A stretch of 64,000 nt of DNA from an uncultured Pelagibacteraceae bacterium (lineage in GTDB: Bacteria; Pseudomonadota; Alphaproteobacteria; Pelagibacterales; Pelagibacteraceae), in assembly GCA_902544985.1 (NCBI GenBank), contig CACCFV010000002.1:17177-81176 (forward strand), written 5' to 3'. A model generated the notes under the pieces. That model searched no databases. It saw only the letters and a list, made by a program, of their open reading frames with translations, and was not told the DNA's origin. A program made the translations under genes and the position numbers. How positions within the stretch are numbered: the stretch's first letter is position 1; every line of letters begins with the position of its first letter. Positions 31,465-40,667 of the stretch are shown here, one piece after another.

Positions 31465-32364
31465 TTAAGTTGCTCTTGTTAAAAGTAATAAAGTTGCCCC
31501 AATTATAAATATTAGAATTCCTAGAATCTCTACAAAAGTTATCTTCTCTTTAAAAAAATATTTTGAGGATATGTAACTAAAGAATATTTCGATTTGACCG
31601 ACAGCTCTGACAAAAGATGCTTGAATTAAAGTGAAAGCAAAAAACCAGGATAATGTAGCTAGAAATCCAGCTAATCCTGTTAAGCAGATTTCAAATTTAT
31701 TATCATAAAATTTTTTGAATTCTGCCTTTTCAAAAATAATAAGATAAGCACTGACAATTAATGTTTGAATTATTAAAGCAAAGAAAACAGTTGTGAGCGC
31801 TTTATCAAAATTAGAGGAAAAGTTTTCAAGTGTTAGTGCTGCAGCCCTAAAATAGACAACACTCAGACCCAATAAAAGACCTGCACCTAATCCAATAAGA
31901 GTTACCTTTGAAAAAAAATTTTTAAAAAATAATTTATAATCTTTTATGGAAATAATAATTACCCCAAGTGTTGCAATTATTATTCCAAAAACACCAAGTA
32001 AATTTAGTTTATCTTTCAATATGATATATTCAAAAATAGCAATTTGAATAACTTCAGTTTTACTTAGCGAAGTACCGACAACAAAATTTGAAAATCTAAA
32101 AAGATATAATAGCGTAATTGTAAATGTAACTTGTAAAATAGAACCTAAAAAAGTAAAAAAAATGAAGTTAGTTTGATTTAAAATATCTGAAACAACATTT
32201 AAATCATGAAAAAGAAAAAATAATATACACGCAAAAGGTAAAGCAAAAGCAAATCTTACATATGCTGAGGCAATCAATGATAAATTCTTATTTAATTTTT
32301 TTTGTAAAGAGGTTCTTAGATTTTGAAAAAAAGCTGCTAAAATTGTAAATACGACCCAATTCAT
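31465..32364 (-). CDS. DMT/EamA family transporter
   Basis: About 10 TMs, AAFFQNLRTSLQK, SKTE, VRAVGQIE. Confidence 0.85.
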   Translation of the reverse strand: MNWVVFTILAAFFQNLRTSLQKKLNKNLSLIASAYVRFAFALPFACILFFLFHDLNVVSDILNQTNFIFFTFLGSILQVTFTITLLYLFRFSNFVVGTSLSKTEVIQIAIFEYIILKDKLNLLGVFGIIIATLGVIIISIKDYKLFFKNFFSKVTLIGLGAGLLLGLSVVYFRAAALTLENFSSNFDKALTTVFFALIIQTLIVSAYLIIFEKAEFKKFYDNKFEICLTGLAGFLATLSWFFAFTLIQASFVRAVGQIEIFFSYISSKYFFKEKITFVEILGILIFIIGATLLLLTRAT

Positions 32365-32422
32365 AATTTTGTCTAGATATAATCTTTTAGTCTAATTAAG
32401 TGATTACTTATATCTAAAAAAA

Positions 32423-33487
32423 TTAATTTTTCTCCATTAGCCAGAGAGCGTCTTCCCCTAAAAAGTAAATTTTTCCATTATTTGGATGTACTTGTATATC
32501 TCTTATTCTCCCAATTTTATTTTTAAATATGATATCCTCTTTTACATTTGATAAGTCATCAAATATTAATTTTCTCAAAGATTTGTCTTTAAGTGAGGTA
32601 ATCAAAGCATGTCCATTCCATTCACTAAACTCTTCACCCTTATAAATAGTTATTGCACTTGTTGCTATGGATGGAACCCAATATTGTATCGCTTTTGTAA
32701 ATCCAGGTTTCCATTTGGGGCCGATAGGAATACCTGAATAGTTTGTTCCTCCCCAACCTAAAATTTTCCATCCATAATTTTCGCCTTTTTTTGCTTCACC
32801 AAACCAATCCCCACCTCTTGCTCCATGATTACTCATATAAATTTTTCCATCAAACGGAGATAAAGTAAGACCTTGAGGATTTCTAATACCTATTTGATAA
32901 ATTTCAGGCAACCAATCTGATTTACCCTGAAATTTTGGATTATCTTTCGGAATACTTCCATCAATATTTATTCTGATTACACTGCCAGGATGTTTTGTAG
33001 GATCTTGAGCAATCATTCCTTGGCCTCTTTCACCAGCAGAGGCAAATAGATAATTACCTTTGATGGCTAATCTTGACCCAAAGTGATATCCTGAATCAAT
33101 AGGTGGGTCCGCTTGAAAAATATTTTTAAATATTAAATCTTTTTTATTAAATTTTGATTTTGCTATTGAGGTACTAGTTTTCCAATTTCCTCTATTTTCG
33201 GTATAAGCAATATAGACAAAATCATCTTTAAAAAGAATATCCAATAAACCCCCCTGTCCATGCTCTAAATAATTAAGATTGTGATTTAATAAAGAAATTT
33301 TATTTGTATTTAGATCTATTAATTTAATTTCCCCACTTTTTTCAGTGATTAATAATTCTGTGTCACTAATAAAAGTAGACCCCCATGGACCTTTTAAATT
33401 TACAATCTTTTTAAAGTTTAAATTTTCTGCGAATGAATAACTTATACAAAATATAAACAAAAAAATTGTAACAAGTGATCTTTTCAC
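32423..33487 (-). CDS. PQQ-dependent sugar dehydrogenase (YliI/Asd family)
   Basis: PWG, GQGGLLD, HFGSRL, GIRNPQG, GENYGW, GRIRD; GTG start at 33487 gives a signal peptide. Confidence 0.9.
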   Translation of the reverse strand: MKRSLVTIFLFIFCISYSFAENLNFKKIVNLKGPWGSTFISDTELLITEKSGEIKLIDLNTNKISLLNHNLNYLEHGQGGLLDILFKDDFVYIAYTENRGNWKTSTSIAKSKFNKKDLIFKNIFQADPPIDSGYHFGSRLAIKGNYLFASAGERGQGMIAQDPTKHPGSVIRINIDGSIPKDNPKFQGKSDWLPEIYQIGIRNPQGLTLSPFDGKIYMSNHGARGGDWFGEAKKGENYGWKILGWGGTNYSGIPIGPKWKPGFTKAIQYWVPSIATSAITIYKGEEFSEWNGHALITSLKDKSLRKLIFDDLSNVKEDIIFKNKIGRIRDIQVHPNNGKIYFLGEDALWLMEKN

Positions 33488-33488
33488 C

Positions 33489-34199
33489 TTAAGAAAGTTT
33501 TGATCTACCACCATCTACAGCAATGATTTGACCTGTAACCCAAGAACTGTCATCAGTAATAAGAAATTTTGCAAGCGAGGCAGAGTCTTTACCTTCACCT
33601 AATCTTTTTAAAGGATGAGCTTTGGCTATTCCATCTGCTAGTGCTTTATTTTTTAACATTGGCTCAGCGATTTTTGAGTTAGTCAAACTAGGCGCAATAC
33701 AGTTTACTCTTATATTAGGAGCAAATTCTGCAGCTAAAGAAACTGTTAGACCCTCAACAGCAGCTTTTGTAGATGCTATTATTGTATGATTTGTAAAACC
33801 TCTTTGAGCGGCAACTGTGGAAAATAAAACTACCGAACCTTTATTTTTTTTTAAATTATCTTGGTAGCCTTTTATAACCTCAACTGCTGAATATAAATTT
33901 AGTTTCATACACTTATTAAAATCTTGTTCACTAACCATTCTTAAAGGTTTCAAATCAATTGAACCCACACAATATGCGATGCCTTTTATATCAGAAATAT
34001 CATTTTTAACCTTATCTACAAATCCATCTTGCAAAACGTCAGCTATTGTAAATGCACAACCTAATTTTTCAGAAACATTTTTAGTTTCACTTTCACTTCT
34101 ACCAACTAAATGAACTGAATTTCCTGAGTTTACTAATTGTTCAGCCAAACTAGAACCGATTGATCCTGTCGCACCAAAAATAAGATATTTTTCTGACAT
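33489..34199 (-). CDS. Short-chain dehydrogenase/reductase
   Basis: GATGSIG, IRVNCIAP, WVTGQIIAVDGG; catalytic region reads HTIIASTK rather than YxxxK. Confidence 0.9.
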   Translation of the reverse strand: MSEKYLIFGATGSIGSSLAEQLVNSGNSVHLVGRSESETKNVSEKLGCAFTIADVLQDGFVDKVKNDISDIKGIAYCVGSIDLKPLRMVSEQDFNKCMKLNLYSAVEVIKGYQDNLKKNKGSVVLFSTVAAQRGFTNHTIIASTKAAVEGLTVSLAAEFAPNIRVNCIAPSLTNSKIAEPMLKNKALADGIAKAHPLKRLGEGKDSASLAKFLITDDSSWVTGQIIAVDGGRSKLS

Positions 34200-34226
34200 A
34201 AAAAATTTTATTAGTTATATTTAAAT

Positions 34227-35717
34227 ATGAAGTTATTTTTTATACTGGGTAATCAATTATTTCCATCAAAATACTTGGACCGCTTCAAAAAAGACCACCT
34301 ATTTTTTATGGCTGAAGACTACCAGTTATGCACTTATGAAAAACATCATAAAAATAAAATACTTCTTTTCTTATCATCAATGCGTTCGCATGCAGAAACT
34401 CTTAAAAAAGATAAGTTTAAATTAGAGTACTTTAGAATTGAGGATAAAGAATTTAAAGATGACTATTTAAAGAAATTAAAAAAAGTAATTAGTTCAAAAA
34501 AAATAAAAGAAATTTCAAGTTTTGAGATTGAGGACAAATTTTTTGAAAAAAAAATTAATCAATTTTTTAAAAAAGAAAAAATAAAATGGAATGTTATTCA
34601 AACTCCAATGTTTTTAAATTCAAGAGAGGAATTCAAACAATATTTATCTAAATCAAAAAAACCTTTCATGGCAACTTTTTATAAAGATGTCAGAAAAAAA
34701 TCAGGGATATTAATAGGTTCAGATGGAAACCCAGTTGGAGGTAAATGGAGTTTTGATGAAGATAATAGAAATAAGTTACCAAAAGATATTTCTATTCCAA
34801 AGTTTCCTAAAATTAATGAAACAAATCATACAAAAAAATTGAAACCTATTATTGAAAAATTATTTAAAGATCATCCAGGAACAACCAAAAATTTTTGGTT
34901 TGCTACAGAGTATAATGATGTAGTCAAGTTATTGAATTTTTTCATTAGAGAAAAATCTAATTTATTTGGCGATTACGAAGACGCAGTTGATCAAAAAGAT
35001 AATATTTTGTTTCACAGCGCTTTAAGTCCATATATTAACCTTGGTCTAATTACACCTGAATTTATAATCAAAAAAGTTTTAGACTTCCATAAGAGTAAAA
35101 AAATCAGATTAAATTCTTTAGAGGGCTATGTTCGTCAGGTTATAGGATGGAGAGAATTTATGAGAGGAATTTACCAAAGTTACTCAAATGAAATGGAAAC
35201 TGGAAACTTTTTTAGACAAAATCGTAAAATGAAAAAGTCGTGGTACGAGGGAACAACAGGTTTACCCCCATTAGATTACGCAATCAATAATGCATTAAAT
35301 TATGGATGGTCCCATCACATCGAAAGATTAATGATTTTATCAAACATAATGAATCTTTGTGAGATCAAACCTGTGATTGTTTACAAATGGTTTATGGAGA
35401 TGTTTGTAGACTCTTCTGATTGGGTTATGGTTCCAAATGTTTATGGCATGGGATTATTTAGTGATGGTGGAATTTTTGCAACCAAACCATATATTTGTGG
35501 ATCAAGTTATTTTATGAAAATGATGGATTTTAAAAAAGGAGAGTGGTGTAACACGATGGATGGACTTTACTGGAGATTTATTGATCGTAATAGAAAGTTT
35601 TTTTTAAAAAATCCAAGACTTTCAATGATGGTTAGAATTTTTGATAAAATGAAAGTTGAAAGAAAAAAAATGATTTTATCTGCAGCTGATAAATTTATTA
35701 AACAAAATACAATTTAG
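34227..35717 (+). CDS. Bacterial (6-4) photolyase/cryptochrome, PhrB/CryPro-like
   Basis: ILGNQLF, HHKNK, GGKWSFDEDNR, FGDYEDA, LEGYVRQVIGWREF, HHIERLM, ATKPY. Confidence 0.93.
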   Translation: MKLFFILGNQLFPSKYLDRFKKDHLFFMAEDYQLCTYEKHHKNKILLFLSSMRSHAETLKKDKFKLEYFRIEDKEFKDDYLKKLKKVISSKKIKEISSFEIEDKFFEKKINQFFKKEKIKWNVIQTPMFLNSREEFKQYLSKSKKPFMATFYKDVRKKSGILIGSDGNPVGGKWSFDEDNRNKLPKDISIPKFPKINETNHTKKLKPIIEKLFKDHPGTTKNFWFATEYNDVVKLLNFFIREKSNLFGDYEDAVDQKDNILFHSALSPYINLGLITPEFIIKKVLDFHKSKKIRLNSLEGYVRQVIGWREFMRGIYQSYSNEMETGNFFRQNRKMKKSWYEGTTGLPPLDYAINNALNYGWSHHIERLMILSNIMNLCEIKPVIVYKWFMEMFVDSSDWVMVPNVYGMGLFSDGGIFATKPYICGSSYFMKMMDFKKGEWCNTMDGLYWRFIDRNRKFFLKNPRLSMMVRIFDKMKVERKKMILSAADKFIKQNTI

Positions 35718-35845
35718 TGAAAAAAGAGAATCTTCCTTCTAAAATTTGTCCTGTTTGTAAAAGACCTTTTGTTTGGAGAAAAAAATGGAGATTGAATTGG
35801 GATAGAGTTAAATATTGTTCTAAGAAGTGTTCTAAGTTAAGTTAA
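35717..35845 (+). CDS. DUF2256 family small Cys-rich protein (42 aa; not in ORF track)
   Basis: Hand translation MKKENLPSKICPVCKRPFVWRKKWRLNWDRVKYCSKKCSKLS; GTG overlaps the photolyase TAG. Confidence 0.9.
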   Translation: MKKENLPSKICPVCKRPFVWRKKWRLNWDRVKYCSKKCSKLS

Positions 35846-35850
35846 TCTAA

Positions 35851-36570
35851 TTGAATATTATTATTTTACAACACATCAAAATTGAAGATCCAGGTTATAT
35901 TAAGGATCTTATGTTGGATGATGGTTTAAATCTTACAACAATCGAACTTGATGAAGGTGAAAAAATTCCAAATGATTTAACAAAGTTTGATGGAATGTTT
36001 TGTATGGGTGGACCTATGGATACTTACATGGAAAAAGAGTATCCTTGGCTAGTTGAAGAAAAAAAAAGAATTAAAGAATTTGTAATAAATCTAAAAAAAC
36101 CTTATTTAGGTTTCTGTCTAGGCTGTCAGTTATTAGGAGAAGTAGTTGGTGGCAAAGTAGTAAAATCCAATCCAGCCGAGATTGGAATAATGGATATAAA
36201 TTTTACTGATAATAAAAAAGAAGACAGTCTATTTTCTAAATTTCCAGATAATATCAAAAGTTTACAATGGCATTCTTATGAGGTCCAAGGAATTGATAAA
36301 GATCCTGATATTACTTTACTAGCATCATCTCCAGTAACCAAATATCAAATTTTCAAATATCAACATCATGCTTATGGCATCCAATTTCATATAGAGATAA
36401 AAGATACAACAGTTAATGAATGGGGCTGTGTACCAGAATATAAAAAGGCACTTGAGGATCAACTTGGTAATGATGCATTAGAGAAATTTGATCAATCTGC
36501 TAAAAATAATATGAAAGATATGAATTATTATTCAAAAATTTTATACAACAATTTTAAGACACTCTTATGA
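35851..36570 (+). CDS. Class I glutamine amidotransferase-like protein
   Basis: MGGPM, GFCLGCQLL nucleophile elbow, QWH, IQFHIE. Confidence 0.9.
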   Translation: MNIIILQHIKIEDPGYIKDLMLDDGLNLTTIELDEGEKIPNDLTKFDGMFCMGGPMDTYMEKEYPWLVEEKKRIKEFVINLKKPYLGFCLGCQLLGEVVGGKVVKSNPAEIGIMDINFTDNKKEDSLFSKFPDNIKSLQWHSYEVQGIDKDPDITLLASSPVTKYQIFKYQHHAYGIQFHIEIKDTTVNEWGCVPEYKKALEDQLGNDALEKFDQSAKNNMKDMNYYSKILYNNFKTLL

Positions 36571-36704
36571 GCAAAAAAAGAAAAAAAGTGAAAAAGAAAA
36601 ATCCAATGGCCAAACTATTAAGTTCACCAATGTTAAGAAATAAAATAGTAAAAAATAAAAAAAAAATTTATAATAGAAAAAAATTCAAGCTAGGGAATGA
36701 ATAA
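36567..36704 (+). CDS. Small basic protein resembling alternative ribosome-rescue factor ArfA (45 aa; not in ORF track)
   Basis: MSKKRKKVKKKNPMAKLLSSPMLRNKIVKNKKKIYNRKKFKLGNE; ATGA overlap with the upstream stop and 5-nt gap to the next ATG. Confidence 0.65.
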   Translation: MSKKRKKVKKKNPMAKLLSSPMLRNKIVKNKKKIYNRKKFKLGNE

Positions 36705-36709
36705 AAAGT

Positions 36710-36931
36710 ATGAATAATAAAATTTTTGAATGGGCGGGAGTTATAACTGCAATCTTATATTCATTATTTGTAGCTATGAATATCGGAATAGAGTTTTTTG
36801 GTTTTTGTTTATTACTTATATCTGCAATTTTAATTGGAATTTGGGCTTATAGAGGTGGTCATAGAGGAATATTATTTTTACAATTTTTTTATGCGACAGC
36901 TGGAATTATTGGAATGTTTAGGTGGTTTTAA
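36710..36931 (+). CDS. Hypothetical three-TM membrane protein
   Basis: 73 aa, almost entirely hydrophobic, ending GIIGMFRWF. Confidence 0.7.
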   Translation: MNNKIFEWAGVITAILYSLFVAMNIGIEFFGFCLLLISAILIGIWAYRGGHRGILFLQFFYATAGIIGMFRWF

Positions 36932-38067
36932 TTAAAAGTTGTAATTATTTTAGGAATAAAATTTTTAAAATTAAAAAAACCTTTATTACAATATTGCCAA
37001 GAATATTGGTCGAGTTTTCTATATAAAAAATCTAATTCTAAATTATTTGAATTTAAATAATCCAGGTTTTCACCAACAGTTGGATATAAGGCAATAACTT
37101 TTTCATTTATATTTTTAATTTCACTTATATCTACTATTTCACAATTAATAGAATTATTTTCTAACCTTTGTTTTTGATCCATAATTAAAAGAGATTTAAA
37201 TTTGATAACTTTTTCACTTAGTTTGATAGATCTATTTTCATTTTTATTTGAGATTATATAAATTTTTTCAAATTTGTTATTTTGAAAATCAGTAGTTTCA
37301 AACGATAGATTATTTTCAAAAATCAAAAGATTTTTATCTTCTATATTTTTACTACTAAAATCATTTTTAACTATAGAGTAAGATTTTTCAGAAACTTTTG
37401 GAGGAGCGTTTTCGTTTAATTTAATATTATTAAACCTGTTGTTAGTGAATTTTTTAATATTCCACTCACTTGCTAAATAGTGTTTTCCCTGTGTTTGAAT
37501 TCCAGCCACCCACCTCCAGCCGAGAGTATTAGATGCAGAGTCACCATCATAAAGATGCTGCATAAAAAGTTCTGCTCCTAATTGCCAAGGTAATTCTAAA
37601 GTGAAAATCCAAATACTGGCAAACCACATTCTAGTATGATTATGTAAATAATTATTTTCTCTAAGTTCTTTTATCCAGTAATTAAAGCATTCAATATCAG
37701 TTTTTCCAATAATTGCATTTTTGTAATTTTGGTCATTCTTATACTCTTCTCGAATTTTATTTAACTCTACCAAGTAATCTGTCCAAACGTTTGGTCGTAA
37801 TTCTAACCAACCCTTCCAATATGTTCGCCACAAAACTTCTTGTATAAATTTTTCATTTTTTGAAAAAGAAAATTTGCTAAGTGATTTTTCAATTACCTCT
37901 TTTTCGTTGATTACCCCATGGGTGATATAGGGAGATAAACCAGATATATTTGTTCTGTTTTCTGGACCAAAATCAAAATTTCTTAATTTGGAATATTCAG
38001 AAAGATTTTTTTCTACAAAATTATTTAATTTATTTAAGGCCGCAGCCTTAGAGGCTTCAAATTTCAT
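36928..38067 (-). CDS. Short photolyase with N-terminal FAD-binding domain (SPL/NewPHL-like)
   Basis: Begins with Y...RNFD, SGLSPYITHG, KFIQEVLWRTYWKGWLE, YLHNHTRMWFASIW, DGDSASNTLGWRWVAG; no N-terminal antenna domain. Confidence 0.88.
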   Translation of the reverse strand: MKFEASKAAALNKLNNFVEKNLSEYSKLRNFDFGPENRTNISGLSPYITHGVINEKEVIEKSLSKFSFSKNEKFIQEVLWRTYWKGWLELRPNVWTDYLVELNKIREEYKNDQNYKNAIIGKTDIECFNYWIKELRENNYLHNHTRMWFASIWIFTLELPWQLGAELFMQHLYDGDSASNTLGWRWVAGIQTQGKHYLASEWNIKKFTNNRFNNIKLNENAPPKVSEKSYSIVKNDFSSKNIEDKNLLIFENNLSFETTDFQNNKFEKIYIISNKNENRSIKLSEKVIKFKSLLIMDQKQRLENNSINCEIVDISEIKNINEKVIALYPTVGENLDYLNSNNLELDFLYRKLDQYSWQYCNKGFFNFKNFIPKIITTFN

Positions 38068-38073
38068 TTTGAT

Positions 38074-38454
38074 TTATTTTGATTTTTTTTTCTTTAGACC
38101 GAGTTTGTCGCTATGTCTTAATCTTAAAATAACAATTGCACCGGCAATTAGAACTATAGCAATAGCTTCATAAACTAATGCTGTTGGATCCATTTCCTTA
38201 CCTTGAAGAATAATAAATCGTGCTAAAGCAGTAATTGCAATCAATAACGGAAGTGTAATACTTATTGATTGTTGATTCCAAAAAACTCTTACCATTGCCA
38301 GTACTTCTAGGTAAAGAAACATCAATAATAAATCTGCTAGTGTAACAGATCTATTTTGAAACATTTTGTACATTTCTATACCAACCGCAATAACGGTGCT
38401 TATCAATATAATAACCATTAAAACAAGTTGTAAATTTTTTGCTATTTTTTCCAT
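38074..38454 (-). CDS. PsiE family membrane protein
   Basis: LADLLLMFLYLE, PLLIAITALARFIIL. Confidence 0.85.
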   Translation of the reverse strand: MEKIAKNLQLVLMVIILISTVIAVGIEMYKMFQNRSVTLADLLLMFLYLEVLAMVRVFWNQQSISITLPLLIAITALARFIILQGKEMDPTALVYEAIAIVLIAGAIVILRLRHSDKLGLKKKKSK

Positions 38455-38912
38455 TAATTATCTTTACTAAAAGGCAACCATTTTTCAAATACTGATTTTG
38501 AAGAGCCATCATATGGAATTGAATAAGAATACGGATTTGGACTTGTTAATACCTCAATTCCTTTTGAAAAAACAAATATAAATACGATTACAAAAACAAG
38601 CACCATTATTTTAAAAGGGTCAAAATTTTTTGTTTTAAAAACACTAGCTGAGTTTTCTTCCGCTCTATGAAAATGCTTAAAAGTCATATACACGGCAAAG
38701 ATTAAACCAATGTGAGCTAAAAAAAGTCCAGTCCAACCAAAAACAAAAGTTGTGTATGAAAAAACATATAAACTAAAAACTGTGGTCCAAATAAAACTTA
38801 AAACTAATAAGATTTGTAACCTTACAGTTTTAGGAAGAGAACGGAGATCGTTTTTGCTATCATCAAACAAAATATTTGCGGTGTCTCTCATCCAATTTTT
38901 AAGTGATTCCAT
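38454..38912 (-). CDS. Hypothetical membrane protein
   Basis: 152 aa, three hydrophobic segments, 1-nt overlap with the PsiE-family gene. Confidence 0.7.
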   Translation of the reverse strand: MESLKNWMRDTANILFDDSKNDLRSLPKTVRLQILLVLSFIWTTVFSLYVFSYTTFVFGWTGLFLAHIGLIFAVYMTFKHFHRAEENSASVFKTKNFDPFKIMVLVFVIVFIFVFSKGIEVLTSPNPYSYSIPYDGSSKSVFEKWLPFSKDN

Positions 38913-38975
38913 GATTCTAAGATATAACTAAAAATAATTTTAACAAACTATAAATTGTCCTAAAACTTGTCAATA

Positions 38976-40157
38976 TTACAGTTTTTTCTTATGATAATTA
39001 ATAAATCTTTCAACATTAGATTTATTAAATGTTTTATTTTCTTCAAAAGAAACTTTTTTCATTGAGTATGCATTACTTTTTGTAATTCTAGATTGAATAG
39101 TAATATTCCCTTTGTATAGTTTAAGTTTTATTGACCCATTTACTTTATTTCTTTTCTGGTCAATTATTTTTTGTAATTTAAATCTTTCTTTAGAGTACCA
39201 ATAACCATTGTAAATTAATTCAGCATATCTAGGCATGATCGAGTCTTTTTTGTGCATTGTGTCTTTATCTAAAGTTACTGACTCAATAGCTCTATGGGCG
39301 TGAATTAAAAGTGTTCCGCCTGGCGTTTCATAAACTCCTCTAGATTTAATTCCAAGAAATCTGTTTTCAACTAGGTCAACTCTCCCTACGCCATTTTTTC
39401 CAGCAATTAAATTTAATTTAGTAAGAATTTTTTCAGGATTTAATTTTTTTCCATTTATTCCAACAGGATCACCATTTTTAAAATTGATTGAAATAAAAGT
39501 TGGTTTATTGGGTGCTTTTTCAGGAGAAGTTGTTCTTTGAAAAATAAATTCTGGAGCTGAATTTTTTGGATTTTCTAAAATTTTACCTTCAGTTGAGGTA
39601 TGAAATAAATTATCATCAACAGAAAAAGGCGGTGCACCTTTTTTATCTTTTGGAATGGGTATTCCATGTTTTTTTGCATAATTTATTAAATCGCTTCTGG
39701 ATTTTAATTTCCAAATTCTCCAAGGAGCAACAATTTTTATCTTTGGGCCAAAATAATGATAGCCTAACTCAAATCTTACCTGATCATTACCTTTTCCAGT
39801 CGCTCCATGAGATACTGCGTATGCTTTAAATTTTTTCGCTACTCTTATCTGGTCTTTTGCAATTAATGGTCTTGCTATGGAAGTTCCTAGTAAATAAACT
39901 CCCTCATAAATCGCATTACCTCGTATCATCGGAAAAACATAATCTTTTACAAAAAGATTTTTTAAATCTTTAATTATAATCTTTTTAACACCAAATTTTT
40001 TAGCATTATTGATTATTTTTTTTCGATTAATTTCTTGCCCTATGTCAGCAGTGTAACAAATGACTTCTGCATCATAATTTTCTTGAATCCATTTTAGAAT
40101 TATAGATGTATCTAATCCACCTGAATAAGCTAAAACAATTCTTTTTTTTGATTTCAT
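38976..40157 (-). CDS. argG: Argininosuccinate synthase
   Basis: LAYSGGLDTS, LGTSIARP, HGATGKGNDQVRF, SRGVYETPG. Confidence 0.98.
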   Translation of the reverse strand: MKSKKRIVLAYSGGLDTSIILKWIQENYDAEVICYTADIGQEINRKKIINNAKKFGVKKIIIKDLKNLFVKDYVFPMIRGNAIYEGVYLLGTSIARPLIAKDQIRVAKKFKAYAVSHGATGKGNDQVRFELGYHYFGPKIKIVAPWRIWKLKSRSDLINYAKKHGIPIPKDKKGAPPFSVDDNLFHTSTEGKILENPKNSAPEFIFQRTTSPEKAPNKPTFISINFKNGDPVGINGKKLNPEKILTKLNLIAGKNGVGRVDLVENRFLGIKSRGVYETPGGTLLIHAHRAIESVTLDKDTMHKKDSIMPRYAELIYNGYWYSKERFKLQKIIDQKRNKVNGSIKLKLYKGNITIQSRITKSNAYSMKKVSFEENKTFNKSNVERFINYHKKKL

Positions 40158-40160
40158 TAA

Positions 40161-40667
40161 TTAACTGCAAGCTTTTTTTGCAGAATTATAAGCTTTTGTG
40201 AATCCTAATAATGAATAATGATCTATGGTTTGTGAACCTTTTTCATTATAGCCAGTAACCATAATTCTTGATCCTTTTTTCATGACTTTAACCATTATGT
40301 TTTCTTTTTTATTACTCGTCATCCAGGCAAAACCCTGTTGTTTGATATCAAACTTAAATTTGTTATTTCCTGAGGTTGCTAAAACAGTATTATTCTTGTT
40401 AAATTCATATCCAGCAGTTGCACTTATCTCATTAGAAATTTTTTCGTTCGGTCTGAAAGTAACAAATAATCTAGCGTCTCTTTTATTTGTTTTTGGTGCC
40501 TGTAAAACAGGGGTAGATTGAGCAAAACAAACTTTACCAGAACTTTCTTGAATTACTAATGTTTCCCAATCTTTGAACTTACCAACTTTTTTTATATCAG
40601 CTAAACTAATCGTAGTTGGAATGATTAAAAATAAAAAAGTGAAGATAAATTTTTTAATTATGGACAT
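40161..40667 (-). CDS. Invasion-associated locus B (IalB)-like exported protein
   Basis: Signal peptide, FKDW, KVCFA, MKKG, DHYSLLGFTKAY...C. Confidence 0.8.
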   Translation of the reverse strand: MSIIKKFIFTFLFLIIPTTISLADIKKVGKFKDWETLVIQESSGKVCFAQSTPVLQAPKTNKRDARLFVTFRPNEKISNEISATAGYEFNKNNTVLATSGNNKFKFDIKQQGFAWMTSNKKENIMVKVMKKGSRIMVTGYNEKGSQTIDHYSLLGFTKAYNSAKKACS

